A stretch of DNA of 7,489 nt, taken from contig CAYJVY010000005.1 in NCBI GenBank assembly GCA_964373795.1, positions 16,257 to 23,745 on the forward strand, in the 5' to 3' direction. The stretch is from an uncultured archaeon (GTDB taxonomy: Archaea > Iainarchaeota > Iainarchaeia > Iainarchaeales > DATDZZ01). The position numbers and the translations under genes were made by a program. The notes under the pieces were generated by a model, which was given only the letters and a program-made list of their open reading frames with translations, ran no database searches and was not told the origin of the DNA. Positions 5,301 to 7,489 of the stretch are shown here, one piece after another; within the stretch, counting starts at the first letter, position 1, and each line of letters opens with the position of its first letter.

Positions 5301-7489
5301 AGCTTTCAATTGAAGTAGAAAAAAATGGATTCCAAAAAGTAAAAAAAGTAATGAATGTAGCAGAAGAAATTCTGGATATAAATCCATTAAACATTGTTGA
5401 AACATTAATTGTAAGCGGAATAGAAGCAAAAACAAATGGTTTAACTATATTCAATGACACTGAAATTCCTTTAAAAATATCAAAGGTTGATGCAACAGGG
5501 GATTTCACTGGATTAGTTAAAGTAGAATTTAGAGAGAATTTAATTGACTTGGTTTTAAATCCTAAAAGAGATTATAATTTCCAATTAGATTTAGGTTTAA
5601 CAAGTAAGGGAAAAGAAGTAAGCCAACCTCAAAGACTGCAAGGAAAAATTGATTTACATTTAACTAATGAAGCATTTAATAAGACTTGGATTAATTCAAT
5701 TCCAGTTGAAGTAAAAATTGCTTTTGGTTCTGCAATAGATCAAAAAGATTGTTTAACAGTAAATCCATTGAATTGGAATGTGTTTACAAGCAATGAAGTT
5801 AAAACATTAGATGTTGCAGTGAAAAACTCTTGTGAAGTGCAAGGCAAGCCAGTTGACTTGCAAGGACTAGAAGTAAAAATTAATAGAGGAAATGAAAACG
5901 AATTAGGAGCATTCAAGTTAAGAGATGAATTAACTGAAAAAGAAGTAACCTTAACAAATGTATTCCAAAAAATTTCAACTCTATTAAAACATAACGCAGA
6001 CAATGTTTACACTATTAGGTTTGAACCAAAAGAAGTAACTTCTTCAACCTCAGAGCCAAAAATTATTTTCAGAGCAACTCATAGAACAGCTAACGGAGAC
6101 GAAGTAATTGAAAAACTAGTGAAAGTAAAAGTTGAAATAAATGATTTAATTAAATGTGTTGAAGTAAAGGATACAGGAAAATTATTAGTTGAATCTTGTC
6201 CATACAATACAGGGTTTTCAGCTGCAAGATTCAGTGTTCCAATTCAAGGAGCCTTACCAGAACATGTTTTAACTAGTGGAACTCTTTCCTCGGATAGAGT
6301 TTCATTGCTTCAAAATAGGAATCCAATATTTCCTAACCTTGATTACACTGGAAGATTATTTGATTCATATAATCAAAACCCTGCAGCTGCAGGAATCTTT
6401 GCATGCCAAGACACTCAATTCAGAATTGAAAACAATTGTTCAAGCATTGTTTCAGTTGATTTAGCTCAAGACTCTGCATTAAATGTAGCTGAAAGCGCGT
6501 TTGATATAGAGCCAGGAAAAGACAAAGTAGTAACAATTGGGCAAAGCTATAAAATGGGAACTTATAAAGTTAGAGTGCAAGCAAAAATTAAAGGAGCAAA
6601 TCAAGCAAGTCAAGAAATTAAAACTCTTTCAGTAAGCGTTAAAAGCTCTAGTCAAGCAACAGCTAATTGTATTAAGTTAAGTGATCCAGGAGACGGAGTA
6701 TTCAGATTTAATGATTTATTCCAAAAACCTGTAAGAGGAGTTTTAACAAATGAATGTGTTGCATCAGGAGTATACTTGTATAAAAATTCTTTAGATACTT
6801 CAAGTTTAGTGAGTTATACAGGGCAACAAATGCAAATGGCTTCAAGACTAATAACTGAAGGAGATCCAGATCCTACTACAAGATTTGATGGAAAAGAAAT
6901 TCAAGAACTAAAATTCAGGGTTGAAAAAAATTTATTTTACAAAAAAGCAGATTCATTAAATCAATTAAAAGAAGCTAGAGGCCCATTAGATTTAGTTACA
7001 GGAGTAAGAGCTGTTCTAGCTCAAGGATATGTAACAGTAAACGAAGCAGGATATTTAAAAGTAAATTACACTGATGGCTTTTCTCAATCAAAATCAAAAG
7101 AAATTAATGTAACATTCCAAGACTATTTTAGGTCAACTGAATTCCTTGAAACACAGTATGGAAGCACTAAATGGACTACAGCAGCTGACTTGCAAGCTCA
7201 TTGTTTAAGGCCATTATATTTAGGAACTTTAACTGACACTGACTTTGGAAACACTGACACTATTACTAAACGTCCTGCAGATGACTTAGTAATAGTTGGA
7301 GCAGAAGCATGTGGATCAACAGATGGTTTAAGTAATTTAAAAGTTAATCCAAACATGTTACGCGAATTAAGCGAGAAAGGATTGGATTTAAGTTTTAGAA
7401 TAACTGGTGGAAGGCTAACTGGAAGAAACCAAACAATTGAAGCAGTAATAACTAGAACAGATAAATTTGTTGAACCATTAACAATTGAT
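2336..7489 (+). CDS. Giant signal-anchored surface protein, truncated at the 3' window edge (at least 1,718 aa). Multi-domain CarboxypepD_reg/PEGA-like adhesin-like protein.
   Basis: Not in the supplied track. Hand translation of frame 2 shows no stop from the TGA at 2327-2329 to base 7489. The frame was re-checked against coordinates at 2582, 3002, 4022, 5042, 6002, 7022 and 7487. TTG 2336 is the only canonical alternative start (ATG/GTG/TTG) close behind the SD-like AGTGA; the first in-frame ATG is 2453, which would begin inside the TM helix. The translation starts (M)SFFEDLEDRFWKLLEDLQDKGIPLIKLAYFLDDRKIPAMPVFALITLLVLSVLGFGVYNLF. It is K/E/V/T-rich throughout, with alternating beta-strand-like patterns. 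There are 14 Cys, in seven local pairs. There are at least 14 N-x-S/T sequons. Confidence 0.9.
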   Translation, partial: MSFFEDLEDRFWKLLEDLQDKGIPLIKLAYFLDDRKIPAMPVFALITLLVLSVLGFGVYNLFLQPQASVTLTVLGVESKPLDSVEVKLKVNDELKTLQTKDGKIQLNVPIGAKLSIEIEKEGYEKKEKSFTVDEVKFEQTLTLLPVSATISKTIKLVNADKSLFDKSVTASFSCSNNTGFSKSEIVEKGEVKLDNIPSDCGNLSVFVEKFNVKSNSINLDEKGAAQIVVEQVKKDFGKVRVEVKKDSGEALSGISVELYTSQRMAYTRGITTQDGTVVFENVEVDNYYVVASDGSGEFLTFDGSANKKDVLKDQTTSFTATMKKGVKGEVKLKVINKQTSLPVANAIITLLKADGSKHSEPKQSDAEGKVSFNVPDAASYKAVVDHPDYLFQEKGDLRKTELDEFTLIPVTEATADNRKSLLVRVLDEKGLPVDAVKTVLQTGDGTPLGLEKITGADGIVSFGNLKEGEYLIFAVKTGFKGVLSQKVQVKDRKVNTLDVKISLGTGTVELTVLDEDNQPISGATVTLFDYFTDEQLEKEKLVDSQGKVSFTVRADKKIYLKASANNFLNYVTIPLQLANNVTIKKEIKLVDDVPSVEAKLVGLFVSTQEGDQEVKDSLNSGDKYKVRLQVITPKNSSFEEIGLHVRTGKQEENKTNIMEADPLFIKEVFSSASQIRKGTSFTPSLGFSNDATHLTSGAAKWINSTWRKPLAGVYELEAEIQVNKVEARDDLKLYYRAWGKSGSYVRDPADKELGNAANTAKKQELYAHSKEKTYSVGVASNVCVREFCSSLTIEDLFSNLETGIVDQYSAKITNNYKLRFNLVNSSTSTFSGLKFKVFNELGGVELQNYKIEVQGKELLGNAENNEINLDVLKLTGDEPISGEINFKTSKDGQSKIVMQLISGRDTLFEKQVLVDVSPAQTLKVEVVPKAVVPFINNQFVFKVTKPEDNSAIPNALIRLMLNETLVVTGNTNSRGEFEYTLTAPSSGAKLSIEVEKNGFQKVKKVMNVAEEILDINPLNIVETLIVSGIEAKTNGLTIFNDTEIPLKISKVDATGDFTGLVKVEFRENLIDLVLNPKRDYNFQLDLGLTSKGKEVSQPQRLQGKIDLHLTNEAFNKTWINSIPVEVKIAFGSAIDQKDCLTVNPLNWNVFTSNEVKTLDVAVKNSCEVQGKPVDLQGLEVKINRGNENELGAFKLRDELTEKEVTLTNVFQKISTLLKHNADNVYTIRFEPKEVTSSTSEPKIIFRATHRTANGDEVIEKLVKVKVEINDLIKCVEVKDTGKLLVESCPYNTGFSAARFSVPIQGALPEHVLTSGTLSSDRVSLLQNRNPIFPNLDYTGRLFDSYNQNPAAAGIFACQDTQFRIENNCSSIVSVDLAQDSALNVAESAFDIEPGKDKVVTIGQSYKMGTYKVRVQAKIKGANQASQEIKTLSVSVKSSSQATANCIKLSDPGDGVFRFNDLFQKPVRGVLTNECVASGVYLYKNSLDTSSLVSYTGQQMQMASRLITEGDPDPTTRFDGKEIQELKFRVEKNLFYKKADSLNQLKEARGPLDLVTGVRAVLAQGYVTVNEAGYLKVNYTDGFSQSKSKEINVTFQDYFRSTEFLETQYGSTKWTTAADLQAHCLRPLYLGTLTDTDFGNTDTITKRPADDLVIVGAEACGSTDGLSNLKVNPNMLRELSEKGLDLSFRITGGRLTGRNQTIEAVITRTDKFVEPLTID
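2453..2521 (+). other. Single transmembrane helix (signal anchor) of the giant protein.
   Basis: MPVFALITLLVLSVLGFGVYNLF is 23 mostly hydrophobic residues preceded by DDRK (positive-inside). Everything downstream is hydrophilic beta-type sequence with paired Cys and sequons, consistent with an extracellular location. Confidence 0.7.
2540..4105 (+). repeat. Six tandem protein modules of about 80-88 aa, of the carboxypeptidase-regulatory-like / PEGA-like (transthyretin-type beta-sandwich) kind.
   Basis: Approximate module boundaries: 2540-2770, 2771-3028, 3044-3307, 3317-3565, 3590-3847 and 3851-4105. They share a recurrent pattern. One example is GTVELTVLDEDNQPISGATVTL...DSQGKVSFTV. Another is LLVRVLDEKGLPVDAVKTVLQTGDG...TGADGIVSFGNLKEGEYLIFAVKTGF, which is the CarboxypepD_reg signature (strand, small residue plus V-x-L, D-G-x-x-x-F, G-x-Y). 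The repeats are at protein level. DNA identity is limited to an 18-nt match, 3435-3452 = 3969-3986, encoding the GKVSF motif. Confidence 0.7.
4106..5098 (+). other. Central region of the giant protein (about 330 aa) with no family I can name.
   Basis: Starts DDVPSVEAKLVGLFVSTQEGDQEVKDSLNSGDKYKVRLQVITPKNSSFEEIGLHVRTG and includes AAKWINSTWRKPLAGVYELEAEIQV, LKLYYRAWGKSGSYVRDPADKELG and the close Cys pair VCVREFC (4682-4699). It looks beta-rich but does not follow the module pattern on either side. Confidence 0.4.
5099..5359 (+). repeat. Seventh, displaced CarboxypepD_reg/PEGA-like module.
   Basis: LKVEVVPKAVVPFINNQFVFKVTKPEDNSAIPNALIRLMLNETLVVTGNTNSRGEFEYTLTAPSSGAKLSIEVEKNGFQKVKKVMNV. It shares GAKLSIE(I/V)EK(E/N)G(Y/F) with module 1 and an exact 18-nt DNA match, 2669-2686 = 5297-5314. 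Confidence 0.6.
5360..7489 (+). other. Distal region of the giant protein: beta-type modules each bracketed by a cysteine pair. Family unassigned; continues past the window.
   Basis: Cys codon pairs at 5750/5831, 6155/6197, 6404/6437, 6668/6755 and 7202/7310. In three pairs the second Cys sits in a hydrophobic-x-N-x-C motif (VKNSC, IENNC, LTNEC) followed by a beta-strand-like run. This resembles the strand-N-x-G layout of CARDB-type sandwiches, but with Cys in place of Gly. Confidence 0.45.

Noticed and set aside
2540-5359. CRISPR array or tandem DNA repeat.
   Set aside because: The periodicity is at protein-domain level only. Exact DNA matches are limited to two 18-mers inside conserved motifs, and there is no repeat-spacer architecture.
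5146-5508. 120-aa minus-strand ORF and the nested 62-aa ORF at 5247-5435.
   Set aside because: Both are antisense to module 7 of the giant ORF. The same STSIESFAP mirror motif appears, and the sense frame is far longer and shows domain structure.
5740-6003. 87-aa minus-strand ORF from the track.
   Set aside because: Antisense shadow inside the giant ORF.
6276-6464. 62-aa + strand ORF from the track.
   Set aside because: It is out of frame (frame 3) within the uninterrupted frame-2 giant ORF, and its translation has no recognisable features.
2336-7489. Alternative genetic code (stop-codon reassignment) as the reason for the 5-kb gap in the ORF track.
   Set aside because: It is not needed. 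Under the standard code the frame contains no TGA, TAG or TAA at all, and the neighbouring genes end at ordinary TAA/TGA stops. The gap is explained by an open 3' end and a non-ATG start.
1-7489. Mobile element or prophage context.
   Set aside because: No integrase, transposase, terminal inverted repeats or att-like direct repeats were recognised. Only the TA cassette and the G+C island hint at past insertion.

Overview
AT-rich window, roughly one-third G+C by eye, with every credible gene on the + strand. All calls below come from hand translation; no searches were run.

Gene order:
(1) The last 17 codons of an upstream gene (1-54).
(2) A 493-aa cysteine-rich secreted protein with a type IV pilin-like (class III) N-terminus (58-1539).
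(3) A compact type II toxin-antitoxin pair, an RHH ParD/CopG-like antitoxin (1614-1850) and a RelE/ParE-like toxin (1855-2115), preceded by a three-arm palindrome and a TATA-like box.
(4) A 220-nt spacer (2116-2335) containing a G+C-rich island: 46% G+C by hand count against about 21% in the next 80 nt.
(5) A very large ORF that is missing from the supplied ORF track.

The large ORF dominates the window. Frame 2 is free of stops from 2330 to the last base (7489). The most likely start is TTG 2336, behind a GTGA-type Shine-Dalgarno. That gives at least 1,718 codons with no stop in the window.

Its predicted layout:
- a 39-residue acidic cytoplasmic head
- one TM helix
- six tandem CarboxypepD_reg/PEGA-like beta-sandwich modules
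- an unassigned central region of about 330 aa
- a seventh, displaced module
- at least 700 aa of modules I cannot assign to a family, marked by five cysteine pairs

All the minus-strand ORFs in the track are antisense shadows of these genes.

Inference: several features are typical of small-genome DPANN-type archaea, though a CPR bacterium cannot be excluded from sequence alone. These are the composition, the TATA-like boxes, the R-A|F prepilin-like signal and a giant signal-anchored multi-beta-sandwich protein. The pilin-like gene next to the giant surface protein is a candidate cell-surface or host-attachment locus.

I found no rRNA, tRNA, CRISPR array, transposase or integrase.
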